The notes beneath the pieces were generated by a model that ran no database searches, was not told where the DNA came from, and saw only the letters and a program-made list of their open reading frames with translations. The position numbers and the translations under genes are program-made. From positions 69,144 through 133,143 of the forward strand of contig RQSC01000907.1 of the NCBI GenBank assembly GCA_013416795.1: a stretch of DNA of 64,000 nt, read 5' to 3'. Origin of the DNA: Prasinococcaceae sp. CCMP 1430 (taxonomy: Eukaryota > Plantae > Prasinodermophyta). Numbering within the stretch: the first letter of the stretch is position 1; each line of letters begins with the position of its first letter. Below, in pieces: positions 42,312 through 51,922 of the stretch.

Positions 42312-44629
42312 TCATTGCGGTACCGGCATACCGGGGGCCGAGGGCGCCACGGGTTGTCCTTGCGAGACCGCCTGCGCGGCGGCCTGCGCCGCTGCCGAGG
42401 GCCTCACCTCGACCGCGTCATACTGCAGCACGAAGTTGTCCTTGCGAACGCGCTGCCACGACGTCAGGTCGAACACCCAGAAGCTGCCGCGCTCGAACTG
42501 AGCCGTTTTCTCAGCAACGGCGGCGTCCTGTACGCGCGCCAGCCACAGTTTCAGCTCCTTGTGGTACAGCCAGCCACGGCTGTAAAGCTCCTCCGCTGCG
42601 TACAACTGGCCCTCGTCGCCCGGCATGGAGTAGAACGCATACAGCAGCGTTTCGAGCTGGAAGCGCTGGAGAAGCTGCGGCTGCAGACGCGGCGGCTGCT
42701 GCGACACGAAGCAATCCGGCAAAGAAAGCTCGGGCTCGCCGGCAGACGGCGCGTCAGCCCACGGGGACGCGAACGTCTTCCACAGGCTGTCCGCCGAGTT
42801 AAGATTCAGGCCCAGCGTCGTCAGGTCCGTGCCAAGGGCGAGCGTGGTCAGATCAGGATCGCTCATGCGGATGACGCTGAGGAGACCTAGCAGCCCGAAA
42901 CGATCTGGGTTTGCGTCACCCACCGGCTTGCTACCCTTCGTGCTCGCATTGGGATCGACGAAAGCACCCCCCTGCGCACCCCCCAAGCCGGGAAACTGCT
43001 GCTGCTGCTGCTGCTGCTGCGCCTGCTGCTGCTGCTGCGGCTGCTGCCCGCGAAGCCCACCGGGGAAACCCGGCGCGCCGCCGCGGTCGGGCATCAACTG
43101 CTGCTGCATGACGTTTCCCATGCCCAGGCCACCGCCGCCCATACCACCCTGCATGCCGCCATGCATCGCCGCCATGCCGTGCCCGTCCTCGCCACCGTTG
43201 CCCGACTGGGACCGCGGGGCCGCGCCGGGAAGCTCGGGGAAGTCCTCGCTTTGGATGCTGAACTCACTCTGCGGCTGCTTGGGCATCATCGGGGCCATAT
43301 GCGGGCCACCGGGCACGCCAGGCCCCAGCCCGGCGCCGCCCGGCCCCGCGCGCGGGCCGCCGCCAAGGCTGGGGAAGTCACTCATGTCAAACGCGGGCAT
43401 GTCCGGCATGAGCCCATCGCCGCCCATCATGCCCGGCGCGCCCTGCCCCCCGCCCGGGCCCATTTGCTGCGGCAAGACGCCGCCGCCCATGCCTGGCCCC
43501 TTCATCATACCTCCCATGCCCGGCGCCATGCCCGGGTGAACCTGACCCTGCTTGCGCATGGCCATGGCAAGCATATCACCCTGCTGCGCGTACCCCGGTT
43601 GCGGAGCGCCTGGCATGCCCGGGTGCTGCGCGTTGCCCCCACCAGGCGCCATGCCCATGCCACCGCGCCCACCGGCACTGGGCGCCGCGCCCACACCGCC
43701 CGGCATGCCACCCGCGCTGTTCATCCCCACCGGCGCACTGTACTGTCGCATCTGTTGCGGCATCATCGCTGCAGACGAGGCCATGCCACCGTTCATTGCG
43801 CTCGGCGGCATGCTGCCCATTGACTGTTGCCTGGCGCCCATCGCCTGCTGCGGCTGCTGCTGCTGCTATGGCGGCGCGCCGGGAGTGCGGTGCCGCCGCG
43901 CGGCAGCGTCAGGACGTCGCGCTCCTCCCTACTGAGCGAGAGCGCGCAGCTGGGTGATCCTGCGCGCCGCCGCGCCCGCTTTCCCCACCATCCTCGCCTT
44001 GCCCCCACGCCCGCATCGCAGCGATCGCGCGCGTGATCGCGCCCGAGAGGGCGCTCCGGCGCGCACACGGGCACGCGCGCGAGCGCGCGGCGCACGCACC
44101 TGCGAGAGCCCCTGCATGCCACCCCCCATCGCGCGGCCCTGCACGCCGTACCCAGGCGCAGGCATGCCTGGCACACTCCCTGTCGAGACGGCGGTGGCGC
44201 CGGCGGCAGCGGCGTCAGGGCGCAGGTGTTAGGGTTGCTACCGTCACAAGGGCGCGCAACGCGACGCGGGAAAACGCCCTTTTTTTTCCTCCGCCGGATC
44301 AAACCGACGGCGCGCCCCAGGCGAGTGAGGCGGCGGCGCGCGGGCAGAGGGGAGGACGCGGGGCGCGCGACGGGAGAGGGGCGAGTTGGGGGAGAGCGGG
44401 GAGGAGGCAAGGGGCGCGCGGCGCGCACCTCCGCCCATGGCGTAGCCCTGCCCGTCCTGCATAGGCTGCCCGTTGTTGGAGAACTGCGGTGCACGCGCGC
44501 TCGTGTCAGAGCAGGTCAAAATGCACTGGAAATGAGGTTTGGGGAGGCGAAGCGCACGCGCGAAAGACGACGAGCAGCGCGCCGCGGCGCCGCGCGGCGC
44601 ACCTCCTGCCCCTGCTGGAACTGATACAT
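42312..44629 (-). CDS. NOT2: CCR4-NOT transcription complex subunit 2
   Basis: Model: exons 44629..44603, 44483..44429, 44179..44100 and 43865..42312 (571 aa, phases compatible). A low-complexity G/M/P/Q N-terminus is followed by the NOT box DRFGLLGLL...DLTTLALGTDLTTLGLNLNS...LETLLYAFYSMP...AAEELYSRGW. Confidence 0.9.
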
Positions 44630-45634
44630 CGCGGCGGCCGCGGCGGTCACCACCGCGCCGCGATCACCTGCGGCGCGCGCGTCGGCGTCGACGTCGGCGA
44701 CGGCGACGGCGACAGCGACGTCAGCGTCGGCGCCACAAGCGCGCTCCGGTCATGAAACGGAGGCAAAAAAAAGAGAGAGAGAGGCTCGCGATGGCGGTGA
44801 GAGGGGTCGGACACTAGCCGAGCAATCACACCAACGACAGATCCAGCGGCGAAACGATCCAAGAAGAGCGCGGGCGCGCGCCGGCGGCGCGTCGTTGGGA
44901 AGACTCGCTCGCGCAGCACCCGACGACGAAAAGGGGCACGCAAAAAAAAAAAAGTATTGGGGGGGGCGCGCCGCGGGCGGGAGCGCGCACACGCGCGCCA
45001 GACTTCCCCTCATGCGCGCGCGCGCGCCGCGCGCGCGCCGCTCGGGGCAAGGCGCGAGCGAGCAAAGCGCGCGCGTCGCCGCCCCCTCCCGTGAAAAGCC
45101 GCGCTGTTGGGCTCTCAAATGCGACCGAACGCGAAATCATCCATATCTTTGGCAGCCGCGCGCGGACCCGCGCCGTCGCACGAAACGCGCGCCCCTTTTC
45201 CGCTAAGGGGTTCGGGAGCTGATCGGGGGCCCGGACGCGCGAGGTTTTCGCGGAACGCCGCGACGCGCACGTAGCGCAGCGCATACTACGCGCGCCGCAT
45301 TGTCACGCGGGGATGCTCACCCGCGCGCCTGGGCGCGGGGGCGCACGCGAAATCCGCTCCGCTGTTTGGCCGCCGGCCTCGAGGCTCCCAGTTTTCTTTT
45401 TTTTCGGGGGGGGAGGGGGGGAGTGGAGGGAGGTCAGATGCTCTTCCTTCCTTCTTTGATTTCAAGCAAGCAAGACAAAATCAATCAAAATCCAGATCAA
45501 AATCCGCAGTCCACGCGCAGGTCGCAAAAAAAAAAATCAAAATCCCGTTGCAAGCGGCGGCGAGCGCCGCGGGCCACACGCCGTGCGCGCGGCGCGAGCG
45601 CATCGCGCGCGGCGCGGCGGCGGGACTCGCCGCG

Positions 45635-47452
45635 ATGGGCGCCAAGGCGAAGCGCAAGTCGACGGGCGGCGGCGGCGGCGGCAAGGGCACTCCTGCCAGG
45701 CAGAAGGTGGAAAACACGAGCCAGAGCGGGAGCACGGGTAGCGAAGGGGGCAATGCCGCCACGACCGGCGGATCCAGCGCCGTCGAGGCAGACGCGCAGG
45801 ACGGCGCCGAGGGCGGCGGTGCGTCGGGCCGACATAGCGGTCGTCCCTCGGGCGCCTGGGGCGGCGTGGGCCCGAGCAGCGGCGCGCAGCGGCAGGCGCT
45901 CGTGGCGGCAAGCGTCGCGCTCGTGGCGGCGCTCGCGGGCGGTGCGCTCCGGCTGCTTCTTGGGAGCGTGCCGATGGATCGGCTCGCGAAGCTGGAGTTT
46001 CTCTCCAACGGATCGGTCGTGGACGCCGTCGATCCGTGCCGTGGCGCCGACCTGAGCCCGGGCGGACACGCGACGCAGTGCGAGGTGCCCATGGTGACAT
46101 CCAAGCCTAGGTGGGCGCAAGGGTCGGCGCGCACGCGCGTGAATCAGTCGCAGGCGTGGACGTCCTACTCGCAGCTTTGGCACAACGCGGGAAGCTGGTA
46201 TGCGCTCGTCGAGGGCGGGCCAGACAAGGCAATCAAGGCAGACTGGAAGATGAGCCGCAACACGCGCATCCAGGCGATGCACGTGTCGTCGGCGAACGCG
46301 TTCGCGAAAAACACGGACGTTGCCTTCGTGCCGGGCACGACGCTGCTGCTGGACTACTCGTATTGGAGACACCCCGGAGCGATCGGCCACTGGGGCGGCG
46401 ACGTGCTGTACCCGCTGTACTCAACGCTTCGCGAGCTAGGCCGGCCGACGATCGACCGCGTGATCATCCTGCACATCAAACACAGGCACCTCATCCCCTG
46501 GGTGCGGCATACGATGGCGGTCGCACTGGACCTCGAGCTGGACAATCTCCCGCCGATCACGCTCATGCGGACCGCGGAGCCTGTGGGCATCGGACCGGGC
46601 CCAGGCACGCCGCTGTTCGGCCTCGACGATGAGAAGTGGTACGTCTTCGAGCACGGGCTTCATGTGCACGACACGTTCTCGGGTGGCAAGCGCGGCTTCA
46701 AGCGCGCGGCGGATCACAACGCATGGCGCGACGAGATGTACCGGCGCGCGGGCGTCGGGCCGGGCTGGTCGGAGGGCAATCAGATCACCTTCCACCTGAG
46801 CCCGCCACGGCCGCTCTCGAATGGCAGGCGCGTGGTAAACGAGGGCGCCTTGCTTGAGCTGCTCGCAAAGTACGGCCCCGTGCAGACGGTGCAGTTCCGC
46901 TCGGATACGTCCTTCGAAGAGCAGGTGCAGACTATGGCGAATTCGTCCATCTTCGTCGCCGTGCACACATCCGTGCTCACTAACGCAGTGCTGCTGCGAC
47001 CCGGCGCGGCTGTGTTCGAGATCACGCCGTGCATGCTGCAATGGGGTCAACTCGAGGAATTCATGAAGACGCTGACGAGCGCCGCGGGGGATATCCACCA
47101 CTTCGCTTGGCGCTGCATGGACAACAAGTACACTCACCACCACGACCCCGCCGACACGCGCAAATTCGCTCACTGGACAAAGGAGGAGTGCATGGGCTCC
47201 GAGTGTGTTGAGGCGGCTATACGCGTTGATGTCGAGCTCAACCTTGAAGAGTTCGAGCGCCTGCTGGATGCGCGTGTCCCGCAAATTCTTGCCGGGCAGA
47301 GCGCTCAGTCACTCGATGTCAAGTGGGAGGACATGCCTGACCTGTACACGGCCAAACAGCTCGAGGAGAACGCGGAGCCGTCCGAGGCAGACGAGGAGCC
47401 GGAGATCGTCGGGGCGAGGGCCGCGCCGTCGACCCCACCCAAGACAAAGTGA
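45635..47452 (+). CDS. Glycosyltransferase family 61 (DUF563), type II membrane protein
   Basis: A single TM anchor ALVAASVALVAALAGGALRLLLG and the GT61 C-terminal motif EQVQTMANSSIFVAVHTSVLTNAVLLRPGAAVFEI. Confidence 0.75.
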   Translation: MGAKAKRKSTGGGGGGKGTPARQKVENTSQSGSTGSEGGNAATTGGSSAVEADAQDGAEGGGASGRHSGRPSGAWGGVGPSSGAQRQALVAASVALVAALAGGALRLLLGSVPMDRLAKLEFLSNGSVVDAVDPCRGADLSPGGHATQCEVPMVTSKPRWAQGSARTRVNQSQAWTSYSQLWHNAGSWYALVEGGPDKAIKADWKMSRNTRIQAMHVSSANAFAKNTDVAFVPGTTLLLDYSYWRHPGAIGHWGGDVLYPLYSTLRELGRPTIDRVIILHIKHRHLIPWVRHTMAVALDLELDNLPPITLMRTAEPVGIGPGPGTPLFGLDDEKWYVFEHGLHVHDTFSGGKRGFKRAADHNAWRDEMYRRAGVGPGWSEGNQITFHLSPPRPLSNGRRVVNEGALLELLAKYGPVQTVQFRSDTSFEEQVQTMANSSIFVAVHTSVLTNAVLLRPGAAVFEITPCMLQWGQLEEFMKTLTSAAGDIHHFAWRCMDNKYTHHHDPADTRKFAHWTKEECMGSECVEAAIRVDVELNLEEFERLLDARVPQILAGQSAQSLDVKWEDMPDLYTAKQLEENAEPSEADEEPEIVGARAAPSTPPKTK

Positions 47453-47484
47453 GCCCCCGTGGGCGCACAGACACTGTTGCGCAT

Positions 47485-47489
47485 CTGTA
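47485..47489 (+). terminator. UGUAA polyadenylation signal of the GT61 gene
   Basis: TGTAA lies 33 nt after the stop. Similar signals occur at 50382 (+), 53750 (-) and 42133 (-). Confidence 0.5.
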
Positions 47490-47542
47490 ATGCAATCTCA
47501 TGGCGGCGATCCTGCAACTTATCTCAACAAGACCCACGCAAC

Positions 47543-48502
47543 TTACGCCTGCCACTCGAGGCCCTTGGTGGCGAGCGCAAGCGCTCCTTCGTACGTCTTG
47601 CAGCCACCGATGAAGCCCGCGGCGTGCACGAAGATGCACCCCTCAACACCGGTCAGCTCCGAAAGGGCATCGTCACGCACGCCACGCCACGGCTCGGGCA
47701 GCGCCTTGCGGCAAGCAAACGAGGAGGCCGAGGGGGGCACGGCCTGCACGCGCCAGCCTCCCTTGGAATCCTGGTAGAGGCAGTAGATTATCTCCCCAAC
47801 AATCTCAAGCTCCTCCTCGACGGCGAACAGGTGCTCCTTCCACGGCGCGAACTGACCCATGACCATAATCTTTCCGCTGGGGTGCACCTCGGTTCGCTTG
47901 GAGACGGCCTCCTCGACGATGTTGCGCGCGGGCAGCCACGAGCGCGCAAGGTAGCTCACGCAGTCCGTGAAATCGGCAGCAGCGAGCTCCATGCCGCGCT
48001 CGAACCTCTTCATCTGCTCCTCTGGCCCCGCCTCCTCGTTCCACGAGGGGTTGAGCGAGCCAATGCGAGAAGAGAGGTCAGTGCGGTTCGCATAGCGCGC
48101 TGGCGCGTCTGTGTCGTACTGCGACACGCCGTTGTCGATAGCGTCGACGGCCTCGACGAACTTGTTGTATACCAGCGGGTACAGCGTGTCCACGATGGCG
48201 TCGGACTCCGACACGCCGTCGCCCAGCGTCGCGGCGATGATCTCACGGCCGTGGTGCATGTACACCAGCCCCGCCGAGCTCAGCTTGGTCGTATCCTTCC
48301 CCGGGAACTTCGTGCCGAAGGTGCGCTGGTGGTGGTCGTAGCGAAGTTTCTCGGGTACGTACTCACCGCCGACGTCGATCACGATGTCACACTGCGCGAG
48401 GCGTTCCGGGTCGCGTGTGCGCACGATCTCGGCGCCGGCAAAGCGCGCTGTGCGTCGCAGCATTGCGCAACCCACTACCTCGTCGCAATGGAAGGTGCCA
48501 TC
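47543..48502 (-). CDS. MYG1: MYG1 exonuclease (UPF0160), main exon; first exon not identified
   Basis: After the acceptor at 48503 the exon reads DGTFHCDEVVGCAML...VRTRD...DIVIDVGG.Y...YDHHQR...KLSSAGLVYMHHG...VEAVDAIDNG...GCIFVHAAGFIGG. An in-frame TGA just upstream shows that an intron is required. Confidence 0.9.
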   Translation of the reverse strand, partial: DGTFHCDEVVGCAMLRRTARFAGAEIVRTRDPERLAQCDIVIDVGGEYVPEKLRYDHHQRTFGTKFPGKDTTKLSSAGLVYMHHGREIIAATLGDGVSESDAIVDTLYPLVYNKFVEAVDAIDNGVSQYDTDAPARYANRTDLSSRIGSLNPSWNEEAGPEEQMKRFERGMELAAADFTDCVSYLARSWLPARNIVEEAVSKRTEVHPSGKIMVMGQFAPWKEHLFAVEEELEIVGEIIYCLYQDSKGGWRVQAVPPSASSFACRKALPEPWRGVRDDALSELTGVEGCIFVHAAGFIGGCKTYEGALALATKGLEWQA

Positions 48503-48772
48503 CTGCGAGGCGCAGAACGCGCCCGCCGCATCCCGCCCGCCACAGTGTCAGATGCCATGCGCACGACCGGTGGGCAGCGCCCCACGCCGCGCGCGGCCCG
48601 CGCGGCGCGCGCTGGGGGGCGCAGGGATTGGCGGCCGCACACGCGAGGACCGCCGCCGCCAGGCGCAGCATGCGCGCGCCGTGTGGCGGGCAGCCGCCGC
48701 CGCAGCCCCAATCCCGCCGCGCTCGCTCGCTCCTGCCGTCAGAGCTGGAACGCGCACACTGAGGCACCTTTA

Positions 48773-48790
48773 TTAGGGTTTAGGGTTTAG
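48773..48790. promoter_or_regulatory. Telo-box / short plant-type telomeric repeat TTAGGGTTTAGGGTTTAG
   Basis: About 2.5 copies of TTTAGGG in the divergent MYG1/epimerase region. AAACCCTA telo-boxes are established plant promoter elements. Confidence 0.55.
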
Positions 48791-49194
48791 AAAAGAGAGT
48801 CGCGATCACGGCGGCTGTGTCCCCATTTGAGGTTGGGAAACAACTCTGTCCTGCCCACGCATATTTTTTTTTAAAAAAGGTTTTTGGTGCTTTTTGCGCC
48901 GCGCGCGAGGGCGCAGGCGCACCAGTCAATTGTCAGGAAATCAGGGTGTGAAGCGCCGGGGGGAAGCGCCGGAGGGAGCACGGACCGGGTCTGCCCCTGG
49001 GTTCGGCCAAACGGCAAAAAAAAAAAGGGGACGCTCACTCTGGCTGGCGGGTCGGTGCTGCGGCGTCCTCCTTCGGCAGAGGCAGACTGTGCGGCCGCGG
49101 CGGGGTGGGTGGAGGGGGGGCACAGGGAGGGGGAAGGTGGTGGTGGAGGAGCAGGGCTCCAGGGAAGAGATGGTCGAAAAGGAGATCGTCTGCC

Positions 49195-50304
49195 ATGGCC
49201 GCGGCGCGCGCGCCGCGCAGTACGCGCTCTCCCTCCCTCGCGCACGCGAGCGAGGCCGGGCTCCACGCGGCGCGCGTGCTAGTGCTCGGAGGGGGCTTCC
49301 TCGGCGCGCGCGTGGCAGCCGCGCTGCCTACTGGCACCGCTTATGCCACCGTGCTCTCGCCCTCCGAGCGTGCCGACGCCGAGCGAGCGGGAGCGCCGCC
49401 TGAGAGCCTCGTGGGCTTCGCAGACGCTGCCGAGCTGCTCGCTGAGGATGAGTACACGCATGTGCTCTCCACAATCCCCCCAGACGCCTCCGGTCGAGAC
49501 GCGGGACTTGAGGCCACACAGTGCATGCTGGCGTGCGGGCACGCAGCCGCGTGCGTGCGTTGGGTGGGTTACTGCTCAAGCACGAGCGTGTACGGTGGCG
49601 CGGGCGGCAGGTTGGTCGACGAATGCTCTGTGCCTGCGCCCGCGTCGGAGCGCGGTGAGAAGCGGCTCGCAGCCGAGCGTGCATGGGTGGCGGCGTTCCC
49701 AGAGGAGAATCTGCCCGAGTCAGCGGATGTGGGGAGGACACAGGTCCCCTGTTTGCGCGTCTTCCGCCTGGGTGCGCTGTATGGGCCTGGCCGCTCGGCA
49801 CTGAGCGCGCTACAACGCATGCACGCGGACGGTGGCTCCAATGCCGCCGCGCAGAGGCGCTCGGCGGCTCCGCGCACACCGCGCATTCATGTCGACGATG
49901 CCGTGGCGGCAATAATCGCGTCAATGGCGCAAGCATGCACCGCCGCGTCAACGCGCGTCGCCATTTACAATCTCGTCGATGACGACGACTCGCCGCGGGC
50001 CGACGCTCTGCGCTTTGCCGCAGAGCTCGCTGGAATGCCATCTCTTGTCGAGGCCGACCGGGGAAGCGACGCGAACGGCTTCAGCTGCGGCAGCGCTAAG
50101 GACGCAGCGGATGTCGGCCCTACTGTGCGCGATGCAGAAAAGGACAAGCGCGTGAGCAACACGCGCATGAAAGCTGACCTTGGCGTGGCGCTGCGATACC
50201 CGACGTTCAGGGAGGGTCTAAGGGCGATCGCCAAGGTGGAGGTGGGGTCTGCAGGGACACCGTCGACGGGGGTGGCGTCAGCAGCAGGCACGAGCTCGGC
50301 ATAG
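49195..50304 (+). CDS. NAD-dependent epimerase/dehydratase (atypical SDR, YeeZ-like), probably organellar
   Basis: VLVLGGGFLGARVA, YCSSTSVYG...VDE, RLGALYGPGRS, RIHVDD, YNLVDD and KRVSNTRMK...LRYPTFREGL. Confidence 0.85.
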   Translation: MAAARAPRSTRSPSLAHASEAGLHAARVLVLGGGFLGARVAAALPTGTAYATVLSPSERADAERAGAPPESLVGFADAAELLAEDEYTHVLSTIPPDASGRDAGLEATQCMLACGHAAACVRWVGYCSSTSVYGGAGGRLVDECSVPAPASERGEKRLAAERAWVAAFPEENLPESADVGRTQVPCLRVFRLGALYGPGRSALSALQRMHADGGSNAAAQRRSAAPRTPRIHVDDAVAAIIASMAQACTAASTRVAIYNLVDDDDSPRADALRFAAELAGMPSLVEADRGSDANGFSCGSAKDAADVGPTVRDAEKDKRVSNTRMKADLGVALRYPTFREGLRAIAKVEVGSAGTPSTGVASAAGTSSA

Positions 50305-50471
50305 AGTGCGCTCTGGTGGTCCTGATCGTACTCATGTTTCGCCTTTGCCCGCCAAAGTTGGCCGTCCAACACCAGCTTTGTTGTAAAAATGTATGTTGAC
50401 AAAGTATATATACGTATGCTAGCGGTGGTGTACACAAGCCAGGGTGGCAAGCTTGGTGGGTCGACAACCCC

Positions 50472-51542
50472 TCAATCGTCCAGCCACGCGTCATCATCTG
50501 ATCCATCATCATCGCCTGCGGGCGGTGCTACCGCCGCAGCCGCCGGAGGAGGCTCGGGCGTGTCCGCGCTGGCAGCGCCAGGCGCATCCTGCTCGGGCAC
50601 GGCACCAGAATGTTCGAGCTCGGGAGCAGCTGGAACCTGCGCGAGCTCGGGTCGATCAGCCTCGCTTGGCTCACCCGGCGGGTGCACCGGCTCGGGCACG
50701 CTTAGCGCGGCGATTTCATCGCCCACGCCGATGGGGTTACTGCTGAGCTCGACGTTCACCAGCGGATCCTCAGGCAAGGGCGCCGCGTGCGCCTGAACCT
50801 CGCGCAGCACAGACTTCCCCCACGAGCTGAAAGTGCGCCAGCCAGCAGCGAGCGCCGCGCCAGGCGCCGGCTCCGCTGTGTGCTCAGCACCCTCCGCCAC
50901 ACCGTCGTCGCCTGCGCTCGCAGCGTGCTCTGCTTCGTTGCGGGCTTGCACGTCGCCGCTTTGCTCCCCGCCTGCCTGCAGCGCGAGCTCTTGCGACTGC
51001 GAGGCGATGGTCTTGCTCACGTTGGCCACGATTCCGAAGCCAGCGCCCACCGCCGCTTTGGCGCGGTCCTGCAGCTTCAGCGTCGACAGCATCTTTCCCG
51101 CATTGGCTGCGGCCTCCACTGCCCCGCGCGCTGCGTCGTCCAAGCGATCGCCGAATAGTGCGCTGTCTACTTCCGCAGGTCCTGTATTGTCGTAGATGCC
51201 GTCGTCCGCAATCACGTGCATCTGGCACTTAGCGGCTGGCGCCACGTTGCCGACCGAGGCCTCGACGTGCGCAGCGACCTGCTCAAGCGCCGCAGCGGAG
51301 TCCTCGGCTTCTAGCGCCTCAAACAGAGCAAACGACGACGTCGCCGACGGCAGGACCATCACGGTGCGAAGGGCTGGCGCTGCATGTTGCGCATGCGCAT
51401 GCGCGCCGTCGCCGCCGCCTCCTCCGCCCCCTCCGCCCCCTTCGCCTCCGCCGCCCCCCGGCCCGCAGCCCAATGGTTGAGGAGCACGAGCGTGCGCTGC
51501 GTGCCGCGTGGCTGCCCTACGCGGCCGTGTATTCGCTACCAT
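50472..51542 (-). CDS. Hypothetical protein (start uncertain)
   Basis: Open frame with GC3-rich helical segments (LFEALEAEDSAAALEQVAAHVEAS; GWRTFSSWGKSVLREV) and an acidic tail. No family was recognised, and there is an N at 51608 upstream. Confidence 0.5.
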   Translation of the reverse strand: MVANTRPRRAATRHAAHARAPQPLGCGPGGGGGEGGGGGGGGGGDGAHAHAQHAAPALRTVMVLPSATSSFALFEALEAEDSAAALEQVAAHVEASVGNVAPAAKCQMHVIADDGIYDNTGPAEVDSALFGDRLDDAARGAVEAAANAGKMLSTLKLQDRAKAAVGAGFGIVANVSKTIASQSQELALQAGGEQSGDVQARNEAEHAASAGDDGVAEGAEHTAEPAPGAALAAGWRTFSSWGKSVLREVQAHAAPLPEDPLVNVELSSNPIGVGDEIAALSVPEPVHPPGEPSEADRPELAQVPAAPELEHSGAVPEQDAPGAASADTPEPPPAAAAVAPPAGDDDGSDDDAWLDD

Positions 51543-51922
51543 GGTGGGAGGTGCTGCCGCTTTCCGATGCTGAGTGCATCCGCGCCAGGGAGTGCGCGCA
51601 GGACTACNGGGGGGGAGGGGCGGGGCAAGCGGGGTGAGCAGGCACCCGCGGCGCCACACTGCCGCACCTGCGGGCGACGCGGGGCGGGGCGAGTGGCGCC
51701 GCTCCCCCCTCGATCTCTCCCCCCGCGTTCCCTTCTCGCGCGCCGAGCGCACGTCGTCGGGGAGGAGAGAGTGCCACAGGGCGGCGCGGCCGCGTGTGCC
51801 AGCCCCGCGCCGGCTGGGGCGCGCTCCCTTCGCCGCGCAAGCCTGGGCGGGTGGGCGCGAGCGCACTCGCTGGGGGAAGATTCGCGGGGCAGTCGAGTGC
51901 GGGCCCCTCCCTGCGGCGGTCC

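Noticed and set aside
42996-43047. CTG/CAG triplet runs here and at 5280..5350
   Set aside because: These are ordinary polyQ tracts in the disordered regions of NOT2 and SCAPER.
50472-51542. FAM114A identity suggested by SWGKSVL
   Set aside because: Only a short motif matches and its position in the protein is inconsistent, so it was left as hypothetical.
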